Shown here: one piece after another, positions 9,509-19,674 of the stretch
How positions within the stretch are numbered: the first letter of the stretch is position 1
How the letters are laid out: each line of letters starts with the position of its first letter
Position numbers and translations under genes: made by a program
The notes under the pieces: generated by a model
The model's input: the letters and a program-made list of their open reading frames with translations, nothing else
Database searches by the model: none
What the model was told of the DNA's origin: nothing
Origin: Bdellovibrionales bacterium
Lineage (GTDB): Bacteria > Bdellovibrionota > Bdellovibrionia > Bdellovibrionales > UBA1609
Direction: 5' to 3'
Assembly (NCBI GenBank): GCA_041690295.1
Contig: JAWLHR010000011.1
Coordinates: forward strand, 1-64,000
DNA: 64,000 nucleotides

Positions 9509-9916
9509 ATGAAGAGTATGAATCGGGTTTTTCTGATTGGCTACCTTGGACAAACCCCCGAACTGCAGATTTCCAAATCAGGACGGCCCTACGCGCGATT
9601 GAACGTGGCGACCCACCGCCGCTGGCGTGATAGCGACGAAGAAGTGAAATCCTTAACCGACTGGCATTCGGTTTTCGTGTGGGGTCGCTTGGCTGAACGG
9701 TGCGCGGAATCGCTGAACAAAGGCTCCCTGGTCTTGGTTGAAGGCGCGCTCACCTATTGGCAGGCCGATTCCTCCGGTCCCTATCGTAATGCGATACATG
9801 GATATGATGTACGTTTCCTCGATTCCCGTAAGTCGCCTGGAACCTTGTCCCAGACTGACGATCTTGACATTCGCGAGGAGGCGGGAAATCATGATGCTGT
9901 GGCGCATCTTTCGTGA
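9509..9916 (+). CDS. ssb: Single-stranded DNA-binding protein (short, no acidic PF tip)
   Basis: AAGGAGG RBS; 'MNRVFLIGYLGQTPE', 'TDWHSVFVWGRLAE', 'KGSLVLVEG'. Confidence 0.88.
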   Translation: MKSMNRVFLIGYLGQTPELQISKSGRPYARLNVATHRRWRDSDEEVKSLTDWHSVFVWGRLAERCAESLNKGSLVLVEGALTYWQADSSGPYRNAIHGYDVRFLDSRKSPGTLSQTDDLDIREEAGNHDAVAHLS

Positions 9917-9934
9917 TCGCGCGCGGGGGGTTTC

Positions 9935-10429
9935 ATGGAAAAACTCAGTTGGATCAAGGAACTCGTCCTGGCTGAACAACAAATGGAAGAAGCCGGTGTC
10001 GTCGATATGGAAGCCGGTTTTGATCCAAGTCGCCAACTCGAAGAAGCCACGCTGGAATTCATGCAAGATTTGAAGGCCTCGTTCATCGAGGCCGCCTCCG
10101 CCTTCAATCAAATGAAGGGGTCGACTCATGGCCACCTTCGCATCTACGGCATCTCAAAAACCAAAGCGGACTTCATGTTGTTCCGCAATGGATACAAACT
10201 GATCTTTACCTTACGCCAACCGGGATTGATCGGAATTTCCTATTCCACCGCCGGTTCCCATTACATTCCCGGAGCGGCGAAAAACGACGAAGAGGAGACG
10301 AAGGATCTCCTTCGTGCCAAGTGGGCGGCCTTTGGCCAACTGATTTGGACCTATAACGACCACACCATTAATATCGATTACATGGTCCGCTACTACATGA
10401 GCCGGTTCGTCAAAGATTCGGCCCGGTAG
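9935..10429 (+). CDS. Hypothetical protein
   Basis: 164-aa ORF with GGGGG RBS-like run, directly after ssb; protein-like composition. Confidence 0.75.
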   Translation: MEKLSWIKELVLAEQQMEEAGVVDMEAGFDPSRQLEEATLEFMQDLKASFIEAASAFNQMKGSTHGHLRIYGISKTKADFMLFRNGYKLIFTLRQPGLIGISYSTAGSHYIPGAAKNDEEETKDLLRAKWAAFGQLIWTYNDHTINIDYMVRYYMSRFVKDSAR

Positions 10430-10435
10430 CCCTCT

Positions 10436-11410
10436 TTATTTCTGAATCCGAGGAAAAACCACTTTTCGAACCGACGGCGGCGGCAGATTGAGCCGGGTGG
10501 CCGGGTTCGGCGTTTTGGCCGGCGGGGTTGCTGACGGCGCGGGCGGCGCGGCCGTGGCTTGAGGCTCGGTATTCGCATTCACGCCCGCCGCCTCTTGTGT
10601 GCGCAACATATCTTCCGCGGTGGACACAAGTTTGTCCTTCAACGTCTGCGCCGTGGCCTTGACCGCCATTACCGCTGGCTGCATGGATTCGACCTTATTC
10701 GATAGTGAAGCCCGGATGGACTCGGCGACCTTGCTTTCCAAAATGGCGGGATTGATCGGCGCCGTCTCCGCTTTCTTTTTCTCTTCCACCGCTTTTTTGA
10801 ACTCGTCTTCGATTTTCACCATTTGCGACAAATCCGGGCGTGGACGGTCGAGGTCGGCGACAAAATCCATTTTTCGCAGTTGATGGGACGATTGATTCGA
10901 AGTGGCCCAATCCGGCAATTGATTCTCATCGAACATCAACTGGTCACGATTGAATTTTACGATCAACTCCAGTTCTTCGCGCGGCAGGAGAACCTGCTCG
11001 GCGATCTTATCGATACTGAGGCCAGAGTTGGCCATGCGCGCGGCCTTCACATACTCGATCGTGCGCTGGCGTTCGACGATATCATGATGGGAAATCTCCG
11101 GCTCCGCCGCGGCTCCCGCTGAGACCGAACCGGCATTGTGTTCCAACTTCAAAATTTGTTGTTCCGCCTCGAGCACTTTGTTTTGCAGCAGCCGGGTTTT
11201 TTGATCGATCATCGAGGTCAACTGCCGCACCTGCGCGTCGGTGCGATCCGATAGATCTTCAAGCACCGTGATTTTGGTTTGCAAGAGCTGCAAACCACGG
11301 CTCAGTCGCGGATCATCTTGCGGAGGTCGGCGCAATCGCCACCACATGATGAGAAGGGTCGCGAAAACAAATAGATCAAATATGACCTGTAACAAAGTCC
11401 AGTGCGACAC
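10436..11410 (-). CDS. Single-pass membrane coiled-coil protein (DUF2802-like HTH segment)
   Basis: GGAGG RBS; N-terminal TM; 'YVKAARMANSGLSIDKIAEQVLLPREELELI'. Confidence 0.7.
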   Translation of the reverse strand: MSHWTLLQVIFDLFVFATLLIMWWRLRRPPQDDPRLSRGLQLLQTKITVLEDLSDRTDAQVRQLTSMIDQKTRLLQNKVLEAEQQILKLEHNAGSVSAGAAAEPEISHHDIVERQRTIEYVKAARMANSGLSIDKIAEQVLLPREELELIVKFNRDQLMFDENQLPDWATSNQSSHQLRKMDFVADLDRPRPDLSQMVKIEDEFKKAVEEKKKAETAPINPAILESKVAESIRASLSNKVESMQPAVMAVKATAQTLKDKLVSTAEDMLRTQEAAGVNANTEPQATAAPPAPSATPPAKTPNPATRLNLPPPSVRKVVFPRIQK

Positions 11411-11487
11411 GGATTCCTCCTATTCCTCAATGGTAGGTTGAGGCGAAGGTCTTCACAAGTTGGACGCGCCCTTTGTACAGGGGGAAA

Positions 11488-12684
11488 TTATGTGGAAAAT
11501 GCGCGAAGGCGTTTCAAAGCCTCAACGAGATCATCCTCGTGAACGGCGAAACTGAGTCGCAGGTAGCCTTCCAGACCGCTTTCATTTCCGGGAACCACCG
11601 CCACCTTTTGCTCCTCGAGAAGAGCGGCCGCCAATTCCGAGGAATTTTCCAAAGTGCGACCGCGGAGATTTTTGCCGAGCAGTCCGCGCACATCGACCCA
11701 AACATAAAAAGCGCCGTCGGGTAAAGCCGCTCGCCATCCCGGAATCTGGTTCAATCCTTCAACGAAAAGGTCCCGGCGTTTTTTCAGGACCGTTAACTGG
11801 CGCTGAAGTTCCGAACGATAACTCCGGCCTTCCAAAGCGGCGAGAACAGCCGCTTGCGTGAAAGGAGCGGCACAGCTCACGGTCTGGCTTTGGTAATTGG
11901 ACATCGCGGAAATCACGTTTTCCGGGCCCAGCGCCCAACCGATACGCCAACCAGTCATCGATAACGATTTCGAGGCGCCGTTCACCACGATCATTCGATC
12001 TTTGAGGCTTGGCGCCACATGCAGTAAGTGAGGCGCCACTTCCTCGCCATTAAAGATCAACTCATTGTAAATATCGTCACTGATGATTGAGATCCCCGGA
12101 TGTCGTTCCAACATTCGCGCGATGTCCGTGATTTCTTCGCGCGAGTACATCGCTCCCGTGGGATTATTGGGGCTGTTCAACAACAATAGTTTTGTCTTTG
12201 AGGTGATCGCCCGTTCGATTTGAGCCGCGCTCGATTTAAAACCGGTCGATTCGTCGCTCGGCACGATCACCGGGACCCCGTCCACCAGTTCAACCATGGT
12301 GGGATAGCTCACCCAATAAGGCGCGGGGATTAAAACCTCATCGCCCGGATCCACCAAACTTTGCAAGGCGGAGAAAAGAATGAATTTGGCGCCCGCGCTC
12401 ACGGTCACCTGTGAAGCCTTGTAATCCGTTTTCAAAAACTCATTGGTGTTACGGGCGATGGCCGCGCGCAATTCCGGAATGCCGTTCGAGGGCGCGTACT
12501 TGGTCTTGCCTTTTTCAATCGCGGTTTGGCCGGCGACTTTGATTTCAGCGAAAGTGTCCCAGTCCGGCTCCCCCACGGAGAGAGAAATCACTTTGTGACC
12601 TTGGCTCGCCAGCTCACGGGCCTTGGCGGCGATCGCCAACGTCGGAGATGGTTTCAATTTCCGGGCTTTTTTTGAAAGTTGCAT
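11488..12684 (-). CDS. PLP-dependent class I (aspartate) aminotransferase
   Basis: 'GEPDWDT', 'PYWVSY', 'NSPNNPTG', 'SDDIY', 'SKSLSMTGWRIG'. Confidence 0.95.
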   Translation of the reverse strand: MQLSKKARKLKPSPTLAIAAKARELASQGHKVISLSVGEPDWDTFAEIKVAGQTAIEKGKTKYAPSNGIPELRAAIARNTNEFLKTDYKASQVTVSAGAKFILFSALQSLVDPGDEVLIPAPYWVSYPTMVELVDGVPVIVPSDESTGFKSSAAQIERAITSKTKLLLLNSPNNPTGAMYSREEITDIARMLERHPGISIISDDIYNELIFNGEEVAPHLLHVAPSLKDRMIVVNGASKSLSMTGWRIGWALGPENVISAMSNYQSQTVSCAAPFTQAAVLAALEGRSYRSELQRQLTVLKKRRDLFVEGLNQIPGWRAALPDGAFYVWVDVRGLLGKNLRGRTLENSSELAAALLEEQKVAVVPGNESGLEGYLRLSFAVHEDDLVEALKRLRAFST

Positions 12685-12685
12685 T

Positions 12686-13177
12686 TTATTTGGACCTCTT
12701 GCCGGCCAGCTTCGTTTCAAGCGCGCGTATCACGTTCGGCGGCACCAAATTGCTTAAATCGCCGCCATGATAGGCGATTTCCTTCACCATATTCGAAGCC
12801 ACGAAACTGTACTCCGGCCGTGTGAACACGATCATGGTTTCAATGGAATCCCTCAAAGTCTTGTTCATGTTGGCCATGGCGAATTCGTATTCAAAGTCGG
12901 AAACCGCGCGCAGTCCGCGCACGATCACTCGAGCGCCGATCTTTTCCGCGTAATCCGTAATCAATCCTTCACATTTGTCGATTCGGACTTGGGGAATTTC
13001 CTTCAACGTCTCCTGAATCAGCGCCACCCGTTCTTCCAACGAAAACAAATATTGTTTCCGTTGGGAGTTGGCGACCACCACGGTCAATTCGGAAAATAGC
13101 GGGTGAATTCTGCGTATGATGTCGACATGACCAAGTGTGATCGGATCAAAACTGCCAGGGTAAATGGCTTTACTCAT
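12686..13177 (-). CDS. coaD: Phosphopantetheine adenylyltransferase
   Basis: 'YPGSFDPITLGHVDII', 'RGLRAVSDFEYE'. Confidence 0.98.
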   Translation of the reverse strand: MSKAIYPGSFDPITLGHVDIIRRIHPLFSELTVVVANSQRKQYLFSLEERVALIQETLKEIPQVRIDKCEGLITDYAEKIGARVIVRGLRAVSDFEYEFAMANMNKTLRDSIETMIVFTRPEYSFVASNMVKEIAYHGGDLSNLVPPNVIRALETKLAGKRSK

Positions 13178-13725
13178 TCAGCTTCCGGGGCAAAGAAAAG
13201 CAAACGTTTATCACCAAATTTGCGCTCCTCCAAGAAAATTAAACCCGGATAAGCCTCTGAAGTCGGCTCCTTGGAGGCCGCCTCGATCACCAGAATTCCA
13301 TCCTTGGCTAATAGATGGGCGGCACCGATGGCGCGCGCCAAATCATCGGCCCAAGCCCGGGTGAACGGTGGGTCGGCGATGACGATGTCGTAGGGCTCGC
13401 CCTTAAAATTTTTTATATACTTAAACGCATCCACCGGATGGATCTTGAACCCTTCGGTCACGCCGAGATTCTCCAGGTTCCTGCGAATGAGCGCCAAACT
13501 TTTGGGATGGCTTTCAACCAGATCCACAAAACCCGCACCCCTGGATAGACTTTCGATGGCCAGATTGCCCGTGCCCGAAAACAAATCGAGAACCCGAGCC
13601 CCCTCAATCCGGTTTTGTAGAATATTAAATAAAGATTCCTTTACTCGATCCGTCGTCGGACGAATGTGTTTGGCGTCAAAACTGACAAGTTTTCGGCCTT
13701 TGTACTTGCCCGAAATGATTCGCAT
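13174..13725 (-). CDS. rsmD: 16S rRNA m2G966 methyltransferase
   Basis: 'MRIISGKYKGRKL', 'RPTTDRVKESLFN', 'DLFSGTG', 'DPPF'. Confidence 0.96.
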   Translation of the reverse strand: MRIISGKYKGRKLVSFDAKHIRPTTDRVKESLFNILQNRIEGARVLDLFSGTGNLAIESLSRGAGFVDLVESHPKSLALIRRNLENLGVTEGFKIHPVDAFKYIKNFKGEPYDIVIADPPFTRAWADDLARAIGAAHLLAKDGILVIEAASKEPTSEAYPGLIFLEERKFGDKRLLFFAPEAE

Positions 13726-14099
13726 CAGCGCTGCTGCCCGATGGCGTTCATGAAAGAAACTATTTTTTCCCGGTCGCTGTCGTTCAATTTCAAAAAGAGC
13801 ACTTCCACCATGCGCTCGACGGAAAGCTGTTTCCTGCCCACCGCCCGGTCCGATGTTTTTGAAACCTTGCCCTCCACCTGAACCGGCGCCCGGGTGTTCG
13901 GTAACTCAAACTGGCAAACATAATGGACACCGACATGGCAAATTCCCGAATCCACCTTCGCCACCAAACCCTGGGGCGAAACGCGTAAGATGGAAAGCCG
14001 CACTTTAGAGGTATTGAAGGTCATTTCGCCCGAAATTGGATACGGGGCCTTCAACTTTTTTTCTGGAGCGGCTTTCTTTGCCTTGGTATTACCCGCCAA
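13725..14099 (-). CDS. Small PilZ-like beta-barrel protein
   Basis: 'CQFELPN...VQVEGKV...VEVLFLKLNDSDREKI' resembles a PilZ C-terminus; no clear RxxxR. Confidence 0.55.
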   Translation of the reverse strand: MAGNTKAKKAAPEKKLKAPYPISGEMTFNTSKVRLSILRVSPQGLVAKVDSGICHVGVHYVCQFELPNTRAPVQVEGKVSKTSDRAVGRKQLSVERMVEVLFLKLNDSDREKIVSFMNAIGQQR

Positions 14100-14454
14100 C
14101 TGTCAATCCCTCACCTGTGTCGATAACCGCGAAAACGTCGGCGAATGGTTTCGCGATGAAGAGATCGGCACCTAACGATTTCGCTCTCTCGAGATCATAC
14201 TCTCCAGCAAAGGCGCTCATCAAGACAACTTTGGCGTGGCCCCTCAATTCCGGATCCAGGTTTTTCAGTAAGTCCGGTCCAGAAAGGCGCGGCATTAAAA
14301 TATCTAGATAAACCAAATCAGGCCGAAACTTCGGCCAAATTTCCAGAGCCGCCTGACCGTCCTCACATTCATGGACCTCGTGGCCGCGCTTTTCCAAGGC
14401 GCGCCGAAGGGAAATACGGACCAGGGGCTCGTCGTCAACCACCAACACTTTCAT
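14089..14454 (-). CDS. Single-domain response regulator
   Basis: 'VLVVDDE', 'LDILMP', 'MSA', 'KPF'. Confidence 0.95.
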   Translation of the reverse strand: MKVLVVDDEPLVRISLRRALEKRGHEVHECEDGQAALEIWPKFRPDLVYLDILMPRLSGPDLLKNLDPELRGHAKVVLMSAFAGEYDLERAKSLGADLFIAKPFADVFAVIDTGEGLTVGG

Positions 14455-16358
14455 GATTGCGGTTCCATTTTTAATTCCACGCGAAACACGGCGCCAGGCG
14501 TGGTCTTCGGCTCACACCTGAGATCACCACCGAATCCGCGCACGAACTCGCGCGAAAAACTTAAACCAAGACCGGTTCCCTCACCTTCGGATTTCGTGGT
14601 GAAGAACGGTTCGAAAATGCGCTCGCGCAATTCCTCGGGTACACCCGGTCCGTCATCTTCCACTTCCAAAATCGCCCGATCACCCCGCTTGAGGGTACGG
14701 ATTTTGATTTCCCCCGACGGGCTCACCGCCTGACAGGCATTATTGATGAGATTAAAAATCACCTGCTGCAAGAGATGGGGTTCTATACGCACGGGTAAAC
14801 TTTCTTCGCACAGTTCAACGTCCGTGCGCAGGCGGCCCAGAGCCGACTTAAGAAACGGCAGGGTTCGGCGCACGACTTCGTTCAGATCCATGACATGGAT
14901 TTTCTGTTCGATCGCGCCTTTGGAGAAATCCAGGAGATTATTTATGATCCCCTGGCAACGGGCGGCGGCCCTTTCAACCTCGTTCAAGTCGTTGGCGATT
15001 TGCGACTCATCTTCCACCTCGGTCAATAGGACCTGAGCCAGCGATCGGATGCCGGTGAGAGGATTGTTCAATTCGTGCGCCACGTGCCCCGCCAGCTGCC
15101 CCACCGCCGACATTTTCTCCACCTGCACCATCTGGCTTTTCAGTTTCCATGATTTCGTTTCATCACGCAGATACACCACCCAGGAGAGCGGCCGCGAGTC
15201 GGCGCTGACGCGAATGGGATAGCGCTCGACGACAAAATACTTTTCACCGAGCCGAATGCGGTCGCGCGCATCCTTTAGGGCCGTGGTCAGCTCGTCGCTC
15301 CAATGGGAGTTGGAACGAAGTACAGTCCCGTCATGATCGATGATGGCGATGGGCTCCGGTAATTCATCAAACGTCATCTCCCAGTTGCGGGACGTGTTCT
15401 TGAGCTCCTGTTCGAGAATCAGGCGATCCAGCGCCCAACTCACCGGTTGCAGCTTCTCACTCAAGTCGGCCAGTACGGCGTCGATTTGCGTCTCATCAAG
15501 TGTATGGGGAAAAAACAAAACCGGCGCGCGATCGGCGTCGGATTGATGCCGTCCGGTGATGAGGGGAATTCGAATCACTTTGCCGAAAGGACGTCCCAAC
15601 GAATTGGCTAGAAAGCGGCTGTCCTCCGTTTGATTCACCTGAATGCGGGACGAGCCCTTCCAGGTTCCGCGTAATCGGCTGCGCACGGACTCCGATCCGC
15701 GCAGATAATAAATGTCGCCGTTTTGCTCGCCCCTCGGAACAAAGAGAATGGGGGCCTCAAGCCCGTGATACTCCTTGATTTGCCGGCGGAGCAGGGGAAG
15801 CAAGTCCCCGATCTCAAACAACTGGGCCAGGTCTTTAATGAACGAAATGATCTCGCGCACACGTGAAATGTTCTTCTGACTGGCCTTGCGCGATTCCGCT
15901 TCCGCCGCCACGCGCTCTTTCATCACCCGTTCCAAGTCGCGATTGACTTCGTCGATCTGGCGGCTTTGCGTGCGCATGAGATGCATCAGTTCTGTCTGGC
16001 GGGCGCGCTCCGCCTGCCGTGAAAGCGCCAGCTGGAGTACCCGTTTGGAGTCCTCGGTCGATCCCGCGGAATCAAAAAACAACGCGCCCCGTAGAGCGCT
16101 CAAACTCCGCCGCAGATTCTGCACGGTCCAATTTTCATCAAACAGCACGTAGACTTTAGAGGGAGAAAGGGCTTCCTTGCCGAAACGCAGCTCCAGTTCA
16201 CGGCGCGAAAGCAGCACCACATCCGCATCAGCGGTGAAATCGGCGCTCACTGTCCAACGGCATTCGCTTAAATCTTTCAGTCCGCTGAGCCGGGCCCACC
16301 ACTGCGGGGGATCTTCATGTGTCAGAAGCTGAATGGTTTGCGACGAGCTCACTCTCAC
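14451..16358 (-). CDS. Cytoplasmic sensor histidine kinase (NtrB-like)
   Basis: H box 'AHELNNPL', N box 'NLINNA', 'DDGPG', 'FEPFFTTK..GEGTGLGL'; PAS-like segment; no TM seen. Confidence 0.93.
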   Translation of the reverse strand: MRVSSSQTIQLLTHEDPPQWWARLSGLKDLSECRWTVSADFTADADVVLLSRRELELRFGKEALSPSKVYVLFDENWTVQNLRRSLSALRGALFFDSAGSTEDSKRVLQLALSRQAERARQTELMHLMRTQSRQIDEVNRDLERVMKERVAAEAESRKASQKNISRVREIISFIKDLAQLFEIGDLLPLLRRQIKEYHGLEAPILFVPRGEQNGDIYYLRGSESVRSRLRGTWKGSSRIQVNQTEDSRFLANSLGRPFGKVIRIPLITGRHQSDADRAPVLFFPHTLDETQIDAVLADLSEKLQPVSWALDRLILEQELKNTSRNWEMTFDELPEPIAIIDHDGTVLRSNSHWSDELTTALKDARDRIRLGEKYFVVERYPIRVSADSRPLSWVVYLRDETKSWKLKSQMVQVEKMSAVGQLAGHVAHELNNPLTGIRSLAQVLLTEVEDESQIANDLNEVERAAARCQGIINNLLDFSKGAIEQKIHVMDLNEVVRRTLPFLKSALGRLRTDVELCEESLPVRIEPHLLQQVIFNLINNACQAVSPSGEIKIRTLKRGDRAILEVEDDGPGVPEELRERIFEPFFTTKSEGEGTGLGLSFSREFVRGFGGDLRCEPKTTPGAVFRVELKMEPQS

Positions 16359-18006
16359 AGGATATCGTCATCGAGCCGCCGTGCAACTGCTCGGGAAAAT
16401 CGTACTCGAGGATGTCCGCCGCTTCGATGAAATCCTTCCGCTCCAGAGCCGCTTTGAGCGAGGTCAAGACCGAAGCCCAGGGTGAATTTTCGACCTTCGT
16501 CGAGTTCAACAGGATCTCAATATCCGCGCTCGCGGACTCAATATCGAACTCGCGCAATTTCGCCGCGACGGAGCGGGTCAGTCCAAGAAGCACTTTCAAT
16601 TCAGGACGGTAATAAACCTGCGCGATGGTTCGAAGCTGTTCAAAAAGATCATAAGTGGCTTCCAAGGTTTTCTCGATCGGTGCCGGTCCCATGCGCAGTC
16701 TCTGACATTGAAACCAATCGATCACGGGCGCGGAGTATTCATCGAGTTCCCGCAGTTTCACGAGAATGTCGTCCACCGAAGCCAATATGGACGTGATCGT
16801 CGGCGTGGGGCCTGATTTTCGCCACTGCTCCAGTTGCAAGAGAGCCAATTCGGCCACTTCGAAGAGACGTTGAAAGCCGGTGGCCGGAGTTGAATTCGGC
16901 CAGCTGGGAAAATCCGACTCGGTGTAAAGCGCTTTCACCAATTGCCACAGGAAAGGGGACTCGCTTCGACCGTGCCAACAAAACTCGTCGCGCGCGCGGA
17001 TCACACATTCCCCCTCGGGCCCGCGCCCCTCCAGCATGGCGATGGCTTCTTCCGTGATCCTCGCGGGCGGAATCTGATCCATCTCGGCGGCGACAAGCAC
17101 ACGGCTTCCATTCACAAGGGGGCCGGTTTCCCAGAAACTAACCGAGGCGCAAGACAGGTTTAAGACCGGCGTTCCGGTCAACGAGGCGATTTGCATGGGT
17201 GAGCTGTCGGCTCCAATCACCAAACGGCTCTCGGCGATCCATCGCCAAAGATCGGCGAGACTTGAGCGGCCAACGCGATTTTCAACCCGCTCCGCGTCTC
17301 CCAAGCCATTCATGACGGATGTCGCGAGCCCGATTTCAGCGGTGTTTCCCACCAAGATCACGCGACCTGAGAATTTCTCATGCAAATCCCGAAGGACCGT
17401 GACCCATAATTCCCCCGGATAGGTTTTAGCCGCCTGACTCGCTCCCAAATGCACAATCACTGAATCTGTTTTTTCGAAGGCCTCTTGAAATCGCCAGTCG
17501 CCGGGTTCCAAATCCACACCGGCCACCGAGGCGAAAATCGACGTCAGATGAAACCGATTGGGTTTGCCGATCCCCACCTGTGCGTAAAAGTAAGCGCTCG
17601 GATCGTCGGGAATCGCCAGATAACCATCATCGAATCGCGTGTACCCGCGAATTTCGGCTTCACCCGAATCCAACTCCTGCGTGAGATAACTGGAGAAAGG
17701 TGAAAACGAAAGATTGATAACACGTTCGAAGCGCCGGTCTTTGAGCGGTTTCAAAAAGGCTTCCAACTCGGCGAGCGCTTCGCTCTCACCCTTGTCAATG
17801 AAGATGGGTTTTAAGATTTTTGCCGTGGGAAATTTATGCAAGTGAACATCAAGGTCCCTTGCCACGTCTTCCGCCGCTTCCGCGAAACGCTCTCGCACTA
17901 AAAGATGAATCTCCCCGTCCGGTTGAGTTCGCCGCAGGGCTTTCAGCGTCGGTAACGTCTGGTAGATGTCACCGAATCGAGCGAGTTGAATGACGAGTGT
18001 GGCCAT
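16315..18006 (-). CDS. GT9-family glycosyltransferase with C-terminal helical extension
   Basis: 'QLARFGDIYQTLP', 'HLGAS..KTYP', 'GADSSPMQIA'; tail 'DFIEAADILEYD'. Confidence 0.85.
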   Translation of the reverse strand: MATLVIQLARFGDIYQTLPTLKALRRTQPDGEIHLLVRERFAEAAEDVARDLDVHLHKFPTAKILKPIFIDKGESEALAELEAFLKPLKDRRFERVINLSFSPFSSYLTQELDSGEAEIRGYTRFDDGYLAIPDDPSAYFYAQVGIGKPNRFHLTSIFASVAGVDLEPGDWRFQEAFEKTDSVIVHLGASQAAKTYPGELWVTVLRDLHEKFSGRVILVGNTAEIGLATSVMNGLGDAERVENRVGRSSLADLWRWIAESRLVIGADSSPMQIASLTGTPVLNLSCASVSFWETGPLVNGSRVLVAAEMDQIPPARITEEAIAMLEGRGPEGECVIRARDEFCWHGRSESPFLWQLVKALYTESDFPSWPNSTPATGFQRLFEVAELALLQLEQWRKSGPTPTITSILASVDDILVKLRELDEYSAPVIDWFQCQRLRMGPAPIEKTLEATYDLFEQLRTIAQVYYRPELKVLLGLTRSVAAKLREFDIESASADIEILLNSTKVENSPWASVLTSLKAALERKDFIEAADILEYDFPEQLHGGSMTISCESELVANHSASDT

Positions 18007-18145
18007 TGGTCAATTGCTCCTGAATCAACTCCGAAAGGAGTTTGAGCGCGCGGGTTTCCCTCGAATAACCCCGCGTCTCGATGACCTTTCGTATGGAATG
18101 CTCCAACCGCGCCAGTGCGGCCTTGAGTTTTTCTTCTTCGCTCAT
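17969..18145 (-). CDS. Small 58-aa helical protein missing from the ORF track
   Basis: MSEEEKLKAALARLEHSIRKVIETRGYSRETRALKLLSELIQEQLTNGHTRHSTRSIR*; ATGA-coupled to the upstream GT9 stop; fills the gap between the two GT9 genes. Confidence 0.6.
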   Translation of the reverse strand: MSEEEKLKAALARLEHSIRKVIETRGYSRETRALKLLSELIQEQLTNGHTRHSTRSIR

Positions 18146-19674
18146 GATGACTCCGCTAAATGTGATTTGAGTGTTCGGATAATTTTACTTCGAATGGATC
18201 TTGCCTGTGTTTCCGATTCCAACCGGGTTTGCACCGAGCGCAAGCGGCTCAGATCCAGCGTTTTTTCGCGCTGGGCCTCGGCCTTCAAACGGGCGAATAT
18301 TTCCTGATCGCCGGAGGAAGTCCGGCTTTGATCCTTTTCAAGAAAATCCAAATGGGCCAAAACCGGCTGAAAATTTCCATCAGGGTGCAACTCACGAAGA
18401 GCGTGATAAATTCCGTACGCCTCACTGCCCACGGCGGGAACAGGACCTTTACGTTTGGGCGCGAGCGTGAATTTCCAGGTGGATCTTTCAATCCACCGGC
18501 TGATGGTCACCGGCCAACTCTCATGCAAATCCAGGGCGTACCAAAAACCGATTCCCAAGAAGTGCGTCCGTCTGAGGGCGATGTCCTTATGATCGCGGGC
18601 GAGTTTCACTAAATCCAGGTTCTTTCTTTGACACTCGATGATCCGAGCGACCACGTCCGGACGGAGATTTTCAGCGCAGCGGTGGCTGGCTTGATGGCAA
18701 GGGCTTGAGTGCGGGCATGGAGCGCACTCGGTCCGTCCGCTCAAGATGAGCGCGCCTTCCTTATAGATGCCGGTCCTTCGATGATCACTCGGGCCCAGCG
18801 CCAATTCGATCACTTGGCAGCTCGCCGCATTGGCTAAATGCTTGATGCTCGTATCGCCGGTGATCAACATCTCACTCTGGTTGAGCACGGCTAAAGCTCC
18901 ATCCAATGAAACAATGGCCGGCGTGAAGGGAACGCCATTCAGGCGATGAAATAAATCTTCCAGTTTGGCCCGCTCGGACGGCGCGCCGAGTATGACGAAA
19001 TGGCACTCGGGATTTCGGCGCGAGACTTCAATCAAACATTCCGCCCATCGCTCAAGTCCCCAATTTTTCTTCTCATCCGAAGTGAGCGGTTGAACGGCGA
19101 TCACGTTTTCGCGCGGCAACCCCAAGGCTTTGAGTTCCTCATGGCCTTTTTCCGTGGGACGAAGATTCCACACGCGCTCGGATTCACCCAGATCACAGGC
19201 GTACATAAAAACGTCGGTGTAGTGAAATACGTCTTTGACCGACGGGTCCGCGTGTTGATCCAGATACCGGAACCACGGCGAATGAAATTCCGCCTGTCCG
19301 CGCGGATTGAAACCTAAACCCAGCTTGGTTTTGCAACGAAGATAGCCCAGAAGCCAGGCGGAAAACCGGGTTTGCGTCACATTGATGATCAAGTCATAGT
19401 TTCGGTGATTGATCTCATCGCATTGTTCACGCAAGACATCAAACGACGTCAGAAGCGGAAGATCCGCGCGCCCCAGGCCGGCTTGCAGTTCATCCCGATC
19501 GAGAGCCCACCAATGATTGATCGATGGAATCAGGTGGCCGAGCGACTTACTGACCGGCGCATGAACCCAAACATCGATTTCCGCGTCCGGGTGTTTTTGT
19601 TTAAGACCCTCGATGACCGGAAGAATCTGAATGAAGTCGCCCAAACGAAGAAGGCTCATGACCAATATCTTCAT
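18142..19674 (-). CDS. GT9-family glycosyltransferase
   Basis: 'LLRLGDFIQ', 'KKNW', 'ITGDTSIKHLA', 'CAPC...C...HRC'. Confidence 0.87.
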   Translation of the reverse strand: MKILVMSLLRLGDFIQILPVIEGLKQKHPDAEIDVWVHAPVSKSLGHLIPSINHWWALDRDELQAGLGRADLPLLTSFDVLREQCDEINHRNYDLIINVTQTRFSAWLLGYLRCKTKLGLGFNPRGQAEFHSPWFRYLDQHADPSVKDVFHYTDVFMYACDLGESERVWNLRPTEKGHEELKALGLPRENVIAVQPLTSDEKKNWGLERWAECLIEVSRRNPECHFVILGAPSERAKLEDLFHRLNGVPFTPAIVSLDGALAVLNQSEMLITGDTSIKHLANAASCQVIELALGPSDHRRTGIYKEGALILSGRTECAPCPHSSPCHQASHRCAENLRPDVVARIIECQRKNLDLVKLARDHKDIALRRTHFLGIGFWYALDLHESWPVTISRWIERSTWKFTLAPKRKGPVPAVGSEAYGIYHALRELHPDGNFQPVLAHLDFLEKDQSRTSSGDQEIFARLKAEAQREKTLDLSRLRSVQTRLESETQARSIRSKIIRTLKSHLAESS

